Shown: in pieces, positions 62,551 through 62,552 of the stretch
Numbering within the stretch: the first letter of the stretch is position 1
Layout of the letters: each line of letters opens with the position of its first letter
Source: Candidatus Shapirobacteria bacterium
GTDB taxonomy: Bacteria > Patescibacteriota > Microgenomatia > UBA12405
Length of the DNA: 62,552 bases
NCBI GenBank assembly: GCA_041649835.1
Contig: JBAZML010000004.1
Span: 1-62,552, forward strand
Reading direction: 5' to 3'
Position numbers and translations under genes: made by a program
The notes under the pieces: model-generated
Told to the model about the DNA's origin: nothing
What the model saw: only the letters and a program-made list of their open reading frames with translations
The model's database searches: none

Positions 62551-62552
62551 TT

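Noticed and set aside
1-62552. Alternative genetic code (TGA=Gly, code 25, or TAG reassignment)
   Set aside because: Conserved genes end cleanly at TGA (murA, ATGA overlap with mraY) and TAG (mraY), and long genes such as dnaE and ileS are uninterrupted under code 11.
1-62552. CRISPR array, prophage, IS element or rRNA
   Set aside because: I found no regularly spaced direct repeats and no integrase, transposase, terminase or capsid motifs, and no rRNA-like sequence.

Overview
This is a low-GC, gene-dense chromosomal segment from a Candidate Phyla Radiation (Patescibacteria) bacterium, most likely Microgenomates (Shapirobacteria-like by inference from gene content). It uses genetic code 11. 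It carries about 65 CDS and 15 tRNA genes, and I found no CRISPR array, prophage, IS element or rRNA. Most genes are housekeeping (tgt, dnaE, ppsA, zwf, ileS, lexA, parB, rplS/rplU/rpmA, secG, lepB, lgt, ndk). The most notable region is a remodelled division/cell-wall (dcw) cluster at 47.3-62.5 kb. murF, murD, murB, ddl and ftsQ are missing from their usual positions. In their place are a Bpt/ATE-like aminoacyl-tRNA-dependent transferase, an Mpl-like MurC-family ligase, an NlpC/P60 protein, a fold-type II PLP enzyme, an ATP-grasp ligase and a 54-aa LysW-like Zn-ribbon protein ending EEK that the ORF track missed. MurE has an atypical DDTR specificity motif. Together these suggest an undescribed, possibly carrier-protein-assisted route to a non-canonical peptidoglycan stem peptide (inference). 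Other signals: widespread leaderless gene starts, an attenuator-like leader with two terminators, three tRNAs with C55 in the T-loop, an archaeal/eukaryotic-type DRG GTPase, an L27 with a histone-like tail, and two broken genes.
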